From Candidatus Zixiibacteriota bacterium (GTDB lineage: Bacteria > Zixibacteria > MSB-5A5 > UBA10806 > 4484-95), in assembly GCA_037441845.1 (NCBI GenBank), contig JBBIRK010000001.1:128001-192000 (forward strand): DNA of 64,000 nt, read 5' to 3'. Shown in pieces: positions 1-9,431 of the stretch. Position 1 is the first letter of the stretch; the number at the start of each line of letters is the position of its first letter. The translations under genes were made by a program, and so were the position numbers. The notes beneath the pieces are model-generated. The model was not told where the DNA came from and ran no database searches. It saw only the letters and a program-made list of their open reading frames with translations.

Positions 1-391
1 CCGCCCCATCGCCGCAGGCTTTGCGTGCCGCTCGTGTTTTCGATTCACAAACATATATTCTCGCCTGTGGGACCGCCGCCGAAATTTCCAGCGGCTCGTC
101 ACCGACATCTTCCCATCGCGAATTCGGGGAAACTTCGATCAGTCCCGATGCATAACGCTTATAGCCGCGGGTTACGATCGAGGTTTTGATTCCCTTTTCG
201 ATTGCCATTCGGGCGATTAAAATCGTAAGAGGAGTCTTGCCGGTGCCTCCGGCGGTTAGGTTGCCTACCGAAATGATTTTTGCCGACAGTCTTACTTTGG
301 GGGCGATCCGCCAGTATAGGTCCCAAAGGAATATCACTGTCCTGTAGGCGATCGAACAGATACGAAGGATTAACGACGATAGGAGGTTCAT
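1..391 (-). CDS. lpxK: Tetraacyldisaccharide 4'-kinase, 5' part only (runs off the window)
   Basis: Not in the ORF track. Manual minus-strand translation from ATG at 391 (ATGA overlap with the waaA stop) gives ...IISVGNLTAGGTGKTPL...IVTRGYKR, the LpxK signature. Confidence 0.9.
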   Translation of the reverse strand, partial: MNLLSSLILRICSIAYRTVIFLWDLYWRIAPKVRLSAKIISVGNLTAGGTGKTPLTILIARMAIEKGIKTSIVTRGYKRYASGLIEVSPNSRWEDVGDEPLEISAAVPQARIYVCESKTRAARKACGDGA

Positions 392-1659
392 TGCAAATAA
401 TTCAGCAGCCTTCTAACCGTTTTTTCGGCGACTCCCGAATTCATCTTGACGAAATCTTTCGCCTTGGATCCCATTTCGGCCGCCTGTGATCTATTATCAG
501 CCAGATAATTTATCGTTTCCGACAATTCGTCGGCGCTCTTCACCTCGCGGGCTGCTTTCAATTCAAGCAGTTTCGTCGCGGCGTATTGGTTATTTTGCAT
601 AAAAGGGCCGAAACAAATCGCGCAGCCTGCAGAGGCCGGTTCGAGAGGATCGTGGCCGCCGATCGAAACCAACGAGCCGCCCACAAACGCCAGATGGCAA
701 TGCCGATAAATTCGGGACAGCTCGCCCATGCTGTCAAGCAACAACACGGATGCTTGATCGGATCGATTTTCCGCCAGTCTGGATCGTTTGGTGTATTTTA
801 TAGAAAGGCTGTCAAGTCCGTTCTCGAATGCCGGTAGATCCTTCATATGTCGCGGCGCTATTACGGCGATCATTGAACGACCGGTCGCCAGGGACCGCTC
901 GATCGCCGAAAGCAAAGTTTTCATTTCACCCTTTCTCACCGACCCGGCCACGAAAACGAAAGTTTCAGCAGGTTGAAAAAAACGATCGAGCTCGTCGTTT
1001 ATCGAGTGGTCGCTCCCTCCATTAACCTGATCGAACTTTATGTTGCCATAGATTTCCACCCGCTCGGGGGAGGCTCCGATTTCGATGAAACGGCTCCTAT
1101 CGGCTTCAGTCTGGGCCATGATCAGATCTATATCCCGTAAAACAGCCTTGAACAGGAAACGAAAGAGCTTGTAATATTTGAAAGACCTCGTGGAAATCCG
1201 CCCGTTGACGATCACTACCTTGGCCCCGCTCTTACGCACCCACCGAATCAACAGCGGCCAAAGCTCCGTTTCAGCGAGGACCAATAGCTTGGGCCGAATC
1301 ACGCCTGCGGCCCTTTTTATGACCGGGGCTATCTCCAATGGCGCATAATAAAGGGTTGCATCGAGTCCGGCCGAAAGCGCTTTCTGCTTGCCGGTCTTGG
1401 TGACCACGGTAACAACCGGATAAATATCGGCCGTGCTCGATCTCATTAAGGGTATCAGCGAGGCCGCGACCTTCATTTCACCGACTGACGCGACATGAAA
1501 CCAGACACGAGTCTTCGGATCGGGAATCCGCTTGTAATTGCCGAATCGTTCCGATAGTCCGCGGATAGGAAAAACTCCCCGCAATATCAGAATAGGAACA
1601 AACAAAACGATAGCGAGAAGGGTCAGGGCCTGATAAAAAAATAACAAGATCGAAATCAT
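388..1659 (-). CDS. waaA: Kdo transferase
   Basis: WFHVASVGE, ETELWP, NGRIS, IAPRH, DSMGEL and FVGGSL..GGHDPLEPA motifs; lipid A cluster context. Confidence 0.93.
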   Translation of the reverse strand: MISILLFFYQALTLLAIVLFVPILILRGVFPIRGLSERFGNYKRIPDPKTRVWFHVASVGEMKVAASLIPLMRSSTADIYPVVTVVTKTGKQKALSAGLDATLYYAPLEIAPVIKRAAGVIRPKLLVLAETELWPLLIRWVRKSGAKVVIVNGRISTRSFKYYKLFRFLFKAVLRDIDLIMAQTEADRSRFIEIGASPERVEIYGNIKFDQVNGGSDHSINDELDRFFQPAETFVFVAGSVRKGEMKTLLSAIERSLATGRSMIAVIAPRHMKDLPAFENGLDSLSIKYTKRSRLAENRSDQASVLLLDSMGELSRIYRHCHLAFVGGSLVSIGGHDPLEPASAGCAICFGPFMQNNQYAATKLLELKAAREVKSADELSETINYLADNRSQAAEMGSKAKDFVKMNSGVAEKTVRRLLNYLQ

Positions 1660-1665
1660 AACCGC

Positions 1666-2796
1666 CTAAGGCCTCAATAATCCCAAGGCGGCTTGAGCGG
1701 CGCGGGCCGAGGCTCCCGGACTGCCCAGGCGTCTTTTGACCTCGACCAGATCTCGGCGGATCCGCTCATAATGGGTATCGCTTCTTAGGATCTGCAAGGC
1801 GGCTTCGGCCATCTCCGCCCCGGTGCATTTATTTTGAATCAATTCCGGCACGATCCTGCGGCCGGCGACGACGTTCACCAACCCGATGACCGGAATTCGG
1901 ATCAATCTTCGAGCGATAAAATACGTCAAAACCGAGGTTTTATACACGATAATCATCGGCGTTCCTAAAACCGCGCTCTCGAGAGTGGCTGTGCCGGAGC
2001 AGACGAGATTCAGTCGTGCATGCCCCATAAGATCGTAGCCGTTTCCCTCGAATAATTCGGCTGTGTTCTTCTCGTTTTCGAGAATCTCGAGGTAAAGAGA
2101 CTTTTCGATCGAGGGGGCTTTGCCCACGAGAAATCTGGCGTTGATCGATACCTTCAGGATTTCGGCGGCAATCAGCATCTGCGGCAAAATCGATTTTATC
2201 TCCTGCTTGCGGGATCCCGGAAATAGACCGATGATTTCCTGATCTGGTCCCACTCCAAGGCCATTTCGAAAAGCCTGACGATCCTGGCTCGTCTTTACGT
2301 GATCTATCATAGGGTGGCCGACACAAACGGAACGAATGCCGGCCTCATCATAGATTTGTTTCTCGAAATCGAAAAAAACCGCCATCAGATCAACGTTATT
2401 TTTTATATCTTTGATTCGGCTTTTTCCCCAGGCCCAAATTTGAGGGCTGACGTAATAGAATACTTTAATTCCGCGTCGATGAAGAATTTCGGCCAATCGA
2501 AGATTAAATCCGGGATAGTCGATAAGAACCGCCAGAACCGGCTTTCTCGTTTCGATCGAAAGCTTCAAATTTTTTTGAACCGCGCTAATGAAACGGATAT
2601 TCTTTATTACTTCCCAGAATCCGAGAACAGACAGATCTCTTATATGAAATAAAAGCTCGCATCCTTGCTCCGCCATTCGATCCCCGCCCAATCCATAGAA
2701 AACAATCCCCGAATCGAATTTGCGAAACTCTTCGATGAATCTGGCTCCGAGGATATCGCCGGACGCCTCGCCGGCGGATATCAGAATTGCGCTCAT
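1666..2796 (-). CDS. lpxB: Lipid-A-disaccharide synthase
   Basis: SAGEASGD, IDYPGFN, YVSPQIWAW, VGHP, PGSRKQEI and SGTATLE motifs. Confidence 0.95.
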   Translation of the reverse strand: MSAILISAGEASGDILGARFIEEFRKFDSGIVFYGLGGDRMAEQGCELLFHIRDLSVLGFWEVIKNIRFISAVQKNLKLSIETRKPVLAVLIDYPGFNLRLAEILHRRGIKVFYYVSPQIWAWGKSRIKDIKNNVDLMAVFFDFEKQIYDEAGIRSVCVGHPMIDHVKTSQDRQAFRNGLGVGPDQEIIGLFPGSRKQEIKSILPQMLIAAEILKVSINARFLVGKAPSIEKSLYLEILENEKNTAELFEGNGYDLMGHARLNLVCSGTATLESAVLGTPMIIVYKTSVLTYFIARRLIRIPVIGLVNVVAGRRIVPELIQNKCTGAEMAEAALQILRSDTHYERIRRDLVEVKRRLGSPGASARAAQAALGLLRP

Positions 2797-3776
2797 AATT
2801 TCCGCTGGTACTGAAGGCAGTGATTTTCGATCTCTTCGGCGACTTCGAGCGCGGCCAAACCGGACTTGCCGCTGACCAGCGGGGCATGCAAACCGCTCAC
2901 GGCCTTGACGAAAGAATCGAGTTCCAATTCGAGATTGTCCCCCGGAGGTATTTCTATATTTTCCCTGACTATCACGGTATTATCGCCCAGATTGAATTTC
3001 ATGAAAGCAGCCGCTTCGTTCGCTTTTTCGGAATCTTTATCGACAAGCACGTAGGATTCGAGTTCTTTGCCTGCAAGATCCATCGAGATATATCCGGATT
3101 TCTGGAAGACCCTGAGTTTGCGCATTTCCCTTAATGATATTCTGCTGGCGGTAACATTGGCCACGCAATTGTCCGGAAACGTCAGGCGGGCGTTGACAAT
3201 GTCGAACGTATCGGTAATCACGGCTACTCCGGCCGCTTGAATATCGATAGGTCGTGAACCGGTCAAATCAAGCAACAGATCTATATCGTGAATCATGAGA
3301 TCGTAAATCACGGAAACATCATGTCCTCGTCCCTTGAACGGGGCGAGGCGATGTGTCTCTACGAAACCCGGTCGATTTATACGAGACCGCGCCGCTCTAT
3401 ACACCGGGCTGAACCGCTCGCTGTGCCCCACCTGTAAAACCGCGCCAGATGCGGCGGCGGCTTGGTCGATCAGCCTTGCCCTCGCGGAATCGACTGCCAA
3501 CGGTTTCTCGATTAAGACGGCTATACCACGCTGCAAAAGAGGAATCGAACACGCGTCGTGGGCGGCTGTCGGAACCGCTATGACGGCCGCCTCTATTTCA
3601 TCGGCCAGATTTTCGAGTGAAGGGAAAGCTTTCGCTCTATAGCGGGCGGCGATTTCCTCCGACCGCCCGGGATCGATATCAAAACACCCGACGAATCGGA
3701 CATCGGGGTGAGCCGATAACTTTGCGGCGTGAAATTTCCCCATATGTCCGCAACCGACCAATCCAGCCCTGATTAT
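2793..3776 (-). CDS. Gfo/Idh/MocA NAD-dependent oxidoreductase (GnnA-like). Start uncertain: TTG at 3761 or ATA at 3776
   Basis: IRAGLVGCGHMG Rossmann start, IEKPLA, QVGHSERF and DLMIHDID motifs; lies between lpxA and lpxB. Confidence 0.85.
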   Translation of the reverse strand: MIRAGLVGCGHMGKFHAAKLSAHPDVRFVGCFDIDPGRSEEIAARYRAKAFPSLENLADEIEAAVIAVPTAAHDACSIPLLQRGIAVLIEKPLAVDSARARLIDQAAAASGAVLQVGHSERFSPVYRAARSRINRPGFVETHRLAPFKGRGHDVSVIYDLMIHDIDLLLDLTGSRPIDIQAAGVAVITDTFDIVNARLTFPDNCVANVTASRISLREMRKLRVFQKSGYISMDLAGKELESYVLVDKDSEKANEAAAFMKFNLGDNTVIVRENIEIPPGDNLELELDSFVKAVSGLHAPLVSGKSGLAALEVAEEIENHCLQYQRKL

Positions 3777-4546
3777 TTTATGATCCCCCTCTCGGCCGTT
3801 TCGATAAATGCGACCAGCTTCTTTATTTCGGGAATCTGTTCTATCTCGTTTTTTATTTTTTCGAGAGCCTCGCTGGTTTTCAATTTAGAACTTAAAAGGA
3901 AATGAAAAGCAGTCTTCAAACTCGAAATCGTTTCCGGACTGAATTTTCGTCGTTTCAACCCCACGGCGTTCAATCCCAAACAGCGAAGAGGATATCCCGC
4001 CGCCAGGCTGTAGGGCAATACGTCTTGAGTAACCCGGAAACCGCCGCCGATCATGGAATGCTCGCCGATGCGGCAGAATTGATGAATGACCGTGCCTCCG
4101 CCGATAATGGCGTTATCGCCGATTTCGACGTGGCCGCCCATTTCGACCGTGTTGGCGATGATTACGTTCGAACCGATAATGCAATCATGCGCGGCGTGCG
4201 AGTAAGCCATGAAGAGACAGTTATCGCCGATTTCAGTTTTCCCATGGGCGGCCGTGCCTCTATTCAAGGTTACATATTCGCGGATCGTGCAATTGGCTCC
4301 AAGAATCAAGAATGTTTTTTCGCCGCCGAATTTCAGGTCCTGCGGCGGTCCGGCGATGGCGGCGCCGTTGAAAATCCGGCAATTCGGCCCGATTCGAGCG
4401 TAGGACTTAATGCTGACATGCGAATCGATCCATACTCCGTCGCCCAGCTCGACATCGTCGTCGATAACCGAATAAGGACCGATGGTGACGGTTCGGGGTA
4501 TCTTTTCCGGGTTTGCCACTATCGCGGTAGGGTGAATTCCTGACAT
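3773..4546 (-). CDS. lpxA: UDP-N-acetylglucosamine acyltransferase
   Basis: Hexapeptide repeats, PQDLKF, IREYVTLNRGT, MAYSHAAHDC and HQFCRIG motifs. Confidence 0.95.
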   Translation of the reverse strand: MSGIHPTAIVANPEKIPRTVTIGPYSVIDDDVELGDGVWIDSHVSIKSYARIGPNCRIFNGAAIAGPPQDLKFGGEKTFLILGANCTIREYVTLNRGTAAHGKTEIGDNCLFMAYSHAAHDCIIGSNVIIANTVEMGGHVEIGDNAIIGGGTVIHQFCRIGEHSMIGGGFRVTQDVLPYSLAAGYPLRCLGLNAVGLKRRKFSPETISSLKTAFHFLLSSKLKTSEALEKIKNEIEQIPEIKKLVAFIETAERGIIK

Positions 4547-4588
4547 GTTGCGCTTCTTGATTTAAGGATTTTCGATTGTAATTATCAT

Positions 4589-5848
4589 CTACCTGGCCAA
4601 TAACTTATCGTCGGTTTCCCGAAAGCCGTGCGGCCCGCCATAAATTCCCATGTCTGATCTTGAACCGTCACGGTCATTAATACCGGGATCGCCGGAGTCG
4701 CGGCAGGGAGATCCGGGAAGCAGTCGGTAATCGTCCTTTCCTTTGAACAACGGGTCCGCCGAAATATTTCCCAATCGATCGGTCTGATCCGGCATATCTC
4801 GATACTGGCCGCCGACGTTATTGAAAACATTATTGTATCCTATCACGAATTTTCCCGGGTGTCCATAGTTCCAGAAACCGACCGGGGGGCATACCCATTC
4901 CTCGCGCCAGCCGTTGTTTACGATAACATTGTTGATAATCCGCCCCGAGCAACTGTCAGACCAAATCGCCAGACCGCAATTGCCGTTGTGAGTAACCAGA
5001 TTGTTGGAGATCTCGACCCAGGCGTTTCCCGTGGCTATGATCCCCCAGCCGAGATTGTCTATCACCAGGTTATTGCTGATGACGGCTTTGCTTGTCCCGA
5101 ATGCTCCTATTCCCTTCCAGTAATTCTTGACGATATTCCTGTGCGCCACAGCGGTGGCGTCCCAAGTAATGCCGATTCCCGCTCCTCGCCCACCGTCGAT
5201 TTCGTTGTCGCAAATGACTGCGGTGGCTCCGCGATAAAGCGCGATACCATCCCAGCCGTTATTGAACAGGCGGTTATTTCTGATCGTCAATTCCGCGCCT
5301 TCCCTACCGAAAATCCCGCCGATACCAACCACTACCTTTTCCGGCCGGTCGGTATTATCGGCGATCAAGCAATATTCCACGGTCAGCGTGGAGTTTCTGG
5401 CGACTATTGAGGCGTCGGTGGCGTTGCCGTCGCGGTCGCGGACGCCGCCGGTTATTTTAACCCTACTGATAAGCGAACCGAACGAATTCGTGAATAAAAT
5501 CCCATAGCCGGCATTGGTGACAAGGGTCGTGGAGTCGATGCCGCTTCCGATTATCGTCAGTCCTTTGGAATCGATAAGAAAACCCCTTGAGGCCGCTACT
5601 TCGACCATAGGGTTCTGGCAGTTTCCGCAAAACATATCCTCGTAAGCGTGCCATTTGGCGGAAAAGCTGCCCGGGGCGATCAAAATCGTATCTCCATCGG
5701 ACGCCTTATCCAGAGCCGATTGCAGATCGTTGGAAAAGCACTTTTCCGATCCATCCAGTCCGAAACGAGTTGGTTCGGAACCGACATAGAAGGTTCCGGC
5801 GGCGGCGCTTTCCACCAAGATCCAAAGAACGGCCAGCAGAATCAACAT
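4589..5848 (-). CDS. Secreted right-handed parallel beta-helix (pectin-lyase fold) protein
   Basis: Signal peptide, LQSALDKASDGDTILIAPG, repeated N-x-I/N-x-x-G-I coils, and C-terminal DPLF...YRLLPGSPCRDSG...SDMGIYGG. Confidence 0.75.
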   Translation of the reverse strand: MLILLAVLWILVESAAAGTFYVGSEPTRFGLDGSEKCFSNDLQSALDKASDGDTILIAPGSFSAKWHAYEDMFCGNCQNPMVEVAASRGFLIDSKGLTIIGSGIDSTTLVTNAGYGILFTNSFGSLISRVKITGGVRDRDGNATDASIVARNSTLTVEYCLIADNTDRPEKVVVGIGGIFGREGAELTIRNNRLFNNGWDGIALYRGATAVICDNEIDGGRGAGIGITWDATAVAHRNIVKNYWKGIGAFGTSKAVISNNLVIDNLGWGIIATGNAWVEISNNLVTHNGNCGLAIWSDSCSGRIINNVIVNNGWREEWVCPPVGFWNYGHPGKFVIGYNNVFNNVGGQYRDMPDQTDRLGNISADPLFKGKDDYRLLPGSPCRDSGDPGINDRDGSRSDMGIYGGPHGFRETDDKLLAR

Positions 5849-5930
5849 GGAATCTATATAATGGCTGTTATTATTGCGGTCAATCGATTTTGCGGAGTAG
5901 ATCCCATTAGCAGTGAGGATAGCGTAGAAT

Positions 5931-5960
5931 AAAGCGGCGGCCGCTATTACGGGCCGCCGC
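5931..5960 (-). terminator. Intrinsic terminator of the Gld-like ABC operon
   Basis: GCGGCGGCC...GGCCGCCGC hairpin followed by TTTATTCT on the minus strand, just after the stop at 5978. Confidence 0.6.
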
Positions 5961-5977
5961 CCGGTTGCAGGATAAAA

Positions 5978-6982
5978 TCAATTGGACTTCTTGAACGGGG
6001 TCACGAAAATCGATTCATACATCGAATCAGAGACCTTATAAACGAAGGGATTCCCGGAGACGGCGGCATAGCGCGTTTTCTGCAGCGTATCCGCCATGGC
6101 CCCGAACGAAATTTCGACCGATCCCCAGTTCGCGACAGTCAACACGGCCCTGGCGGCGGGTTTTTCCAGGCCGGCCGCACGCAGACTGTCTCCGGAGGTC
6201 AAATCGATAGCCCTCATATTCGTAAGGCGATTCAAAATGTTGGAAATTTCGCTTTCCTCGAGTTTTTTGCCGAGGCCCGATTCGATCTGTTTCCAACTGA
6301 ATTTGGGCGGCGCGGCGGTATCCTCCACCGCGAGCTTTTCTTTCATGAATCGATCGGTTTTCCCCTTTACCACTAGGTCGAAAGCTATAACGCTGTCGAG
6401 CGGAAAATCGAACATTTTCAACTCGATCCAGCGATTGACCTGAATCTTCCGCCAGGGCTCGGCGTTCCACATGGCGAACCTGGAAATGAAATTCTCATCG
6501 GCTTTATACACGGTATCGGATCCCGCCCGCCGTATGAAACTGCTGCGGGGCGCATCGGGGATTCCTTTACCGGCCAGAAAATGAAGCACCACCGAGGAAT
6601 CTTGTTTCATCAATTTCAGATGCAGAGCCTCGCTATCGGCAAGCCCGAAATCGCCCAGTAACGAGGGATTCGTCGAGCGCACTTCACCGCGCAGATTTTT
6701 CGCATCGATCATGATTTTTTCGATATCGGTCTTCTTCCCAGGGGCATCATGATACGAAGTGACGATCCAACCGGTATCTTTCCGAGCGAAAGCGATTCCC
6801 GAATCCGGATATTGCTCTTTGTAAACGCTGATCAGCGACACGTCCGACGGCTCGAATCCCGGAAACAGCTTCACCATGGTCTCTGCGATCGTCTTTTTCC
6901 CCGGGCTCAGCTGCTGAATGATGTAGATCACCACCAAGATTCCCAAGACGACAAGTAAAATTGCGAAATTCTTCTTTTTCAT
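5978..6982 (-). CDS. DUF4340-like accessory protein of a Gld-type ABC system
   Basis: One N-terminal TM helix and two repeated soluble domains (FGL/AGLEKP, YVR/YKV-type motifs); last gene of the gldA-gldFG-like operon. Confidence 0.7.
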   Translation of the reverse strand: MKKKNFAILLVVLGILVVIYIIQQLSPGKKTIAETMVKLFPGFEPSDVSLISVYKEQYPDSGIAFARKDTGWIVTSYHDAPGKKTDIEKIMIDAKNLRGEVRSTNPSLLGDFGLADSEALHLKLMKQDSSVVLHFLAGKGIPDAPRSSFIRRAGSDTVYKADENFISRFAMWNAEPWRKIQVNRWIELKMFDFPLDSVIAFDLVVKGKTDRFMKEKLAVEDTAAPPKFSWKQIESGLGKKLEESEISNILNRLTNMRAIDLTSGDSLRAAGLEKPAARAVLTVANWGSVEISFGAMADTLQKTRYAAVSGNPFVYKVSDSMYESIFVTPFKKSN

Positions 6983-6992
6983 CGCTTCCTCC

Positions 6993-9431
6993 TCAAGCCG
7001 ATTGCTCGAGCAGCCTCTGATAAATTTCCCGCCGTTGACGCCGCATCATGAAACGAACAATCCCGACGGCGATTAAAATGACGGGAACCAACCCGACTAC
7101 GACAAAACGCCAAAACATCTTGGTGGCGGCCGAAGTCTCTTTGATGAAGCGCTGCGTGATCATCTTCGAACGCACATTGATAAGATCCTCTCCGAGAGTC
7201 AAAGCGTCCACGGTGTTCAGCATCAGCAAAGCGTTACCGAATGCCCCGATTACGTTATCCGCGAACATCTCGCCGCAGCCGTAGATTGCCACCTTAGCCG
7301 GCTTTTGGGTCACAGGCGGCGCGGTGACTGCGGCCGAAGTATCACCGGGCCATTGCGGCACAGCCTTGCCGGAGGTTACATCGGGGAACTGCCCGGTCAA
7401 CAGCATTCCGAGAGGCTGAGGGCCTATGAGCTCGTGTTTTTTCGGGTCGATATCCTCTCCGCTGATAAAACCGCCGGAGAACGGGACCGTCCAGGTTTTG
7501 GGGGAAGAGTTAAGCAGCGTTTCCGCCTTGAGTCCGATCTGCTCGATTTTACCTTTATCCGGTTTCAATGCGGTGCCCCAGAGATATAACAACCCCGCGG
7601 TTCTGTTGGTAATCGATAGATTTTGATTCATGGAGTTATCGGTGACTTTAACCTGAATCGGCAGTTTCACCGGCGTTTCCACCATTGCGCTCAGGAAACC
7701 GCCGAACGTCTGCCGCACCGGAATCGAGAGAACCTCATGGCTTTCGTCCATCAAAATATCTTCGCTGACCACCACTCCGTAATTTTCCAGCAAGCTGTTG
7801 ATGCCTGAGCGATTAGGCTCGGCCATGACCTGAATTCCCATTCCCCCTTGAGGCATATAGTTGAATTTATAATTTTGGATAGCGAAAACGGCGTTTTTTC
7901 CCGAGGCGATCGCTCGGCTGATCTCGTATTTCGCCCTATCTGACAGCGATCTCGGGGACACCACCAGCAACAGGTCATAATCCGAAGGCAACGGGTCATC
8001 TTTGGTCAATTCGCAACGAATCACCTCGTAGTTTTCATTGCTAAGAATCTGGTTGATCGTCTTGAATCTATCTTCCCTATCCGGCACCTGCTGCCCCATC
8101 TGCATCATCCACTGACGCATTCTCGGATCTTGTTGAGATATATCGAAAGGCGCCACCAAAACCACTCTCGGTTTTCGGTCCATAGTCATCCGGAAAATGC
8201 GGGCGAGTATTTCGTATTCGAGGCTGGACAGGTTTTGCGGAATCACCTGCGGAATTACTTCCTCGGCTTTATCAAGATAGGAAATGGCGATGGCCGAATA
8301 TATCCGTTTTATATTGAAGGCATCTTTTTCCACCGATCGGGTATCGAACGGATTAATCCCCTTGCTCTGCAGAGTCCCGGCCATATCCACGTCCGTCGTC
8401 GGGTCGATCACCTCGTAGCGGAACATTTTCGAGGCCACCTCGAACTCGCGCAGCAGATCGGTGACATCCTGCTCGATAGTCTTCATGGCCGCCGGCATTT
8501 TTTCCTTGGGCGAAACGTAATAGCGGACCGTTATCGGAGCATCTTTCAATTTTTTCAATATGTTGCGGGCCGCCGGACTGATGGTATATATGTTTCCCTC
8601 GGTAAGGTCGAACCGACCCAACCTTATGTTGCTGACCACCAGATTAAGCATCAGTACCACCACCAACCCCATCAAGGCATTGACTGCGAATCGCTTGTCC
8701 GCCAATCGGCGCATGACCTGCTCCACGGTTACCGAATTGAGCCAAAGGAAGAGCAGCATGTATGATAGGAAGTAAATTACATCGCGAAGATCGAGCACGC
8801 CGCGTTCTATCGAGGAAAAATGATTGGCCGTCCCCAGCGATTTCATCAACAAGGTTCCTAATCCACTTATCCAACCGTCGATTATCACCGCGATATAATC
8901 GGTCCCGAGCATGTAGAAAAGGAAACAGGCAACCATGGATAGTATGAAGGCTATTATCTGGTCTTTGAACAAGGCCGAGATAAAAATGCCAATCGCCAGA
9001 TAGAAAGCACCTATCAACGCGGCACCGAAATAGCCGCCTATAATCGGCCCCGGGTCCGGATCGCCCAGAAACATGATCATGATCGGGATGACCAGAGTGC
9101 CGGCCAAAGCCAACAGATAAAATACATAGCTTGCCAAATACTTCCCGGCCACGAGCTCGGCAGGCTTGATCGGGAACGAGTGTAAGAGGGCGATCGTCCC
9201 CCCCCGCGAATCCTCGGCCCATAATCTCATGGCAACCGCGGGAATAAATACGATGAGGGTTATCGGTAATAGGGCGAAAAAACCCCGCATGTCGGCGCTG
9301 CCGGCAAGAAAAAAGGAGGTCATGAACAGGCCGCTGTTCACCGCCAGAAATACCACGATAAATATGTAAGCAATCGGGGCGTTGAAATAAGCGGCGAATT
9401 CCCTACGATAGATCGTTTTGATATTTCTCAT
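6993..9431 (-). CDS. Fused GldF-like ABC-2 permease and GldG-like periplasmic domain
   Basis: Likely start MRNIKTIYRREF at 9431 (ATGA overlap). PIAYIF, MRLWAED...GT..LL, then RFDLTEGNIYTIS and LEYEI motifs; C-terminal TM helix. Confidence 0.85.
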   Translation of the reverse strand: MRNIKTIYRREFAAYFNAPIAYIFIVVFLAVNSGLFMTSFFLAGSADMRGFFALLPITLIVFIPAVAMRLWAEDSRGGTIALLHSFPIKPAELVAGKYLASYVFYLLALAGTLVIPIMIMFLGDPDPGPIIGGYFGAALIGAFYLAIGIFISALFKDQIIAFILSMVACFLFYMLGTDYIAVIIDGWISGLGTLLMKSLGTANHFSSIERGVLDLRDVIYFLSYMLLFLWLNSVTVEQVMRRLADKRFAVNALMGLVVVLMLNLVVSNIRLGRFDLTEGNIYTISPAARNILKKLKDAPITVRYYVSPKEKMPAAMKTIEQDVTDLLREFEVASKMFRYEVIDPTTDVDMAGTLQSKGINPFDTRSVEKDAFNIKRIYSAIAISYLDKAEEVIPQVIPQNLSSLEYEILARIFRMTMDRKPRVVLVAPFDISQQDPRMRQWMMQMGQQVPDREDRFKTINQILSNENYEVIRCELTKDDPLPSDYDLLLVVSPRSLSDRAKYEISRAIASGKNAVFAIQNYKFNYMPQGGMGIQVMAEPNRSGINSLLENYGVVVSEDILMDESHEVLSIPVRQTFGGFLSAMVETPVKLPIQVKVTDNSMNQNLSITNRTAGLLYLWGTALKPDKGKIEQIGLKAETLLNSSPKTWTVPFSGGFISGEDIDPKKHELIGPQPLGMLLTGQFPDVTSGKAVPQWPGDTSAAVTAPPVTQKPAKVAIYGCGEMFADNVIGAFGNALLMLNTVDALTLGEDLINVRSKMITQRFIKETSAATKMFWRFVVVGLVPVILIAVGIVRFMMRRQRREIYQRLLEQSA

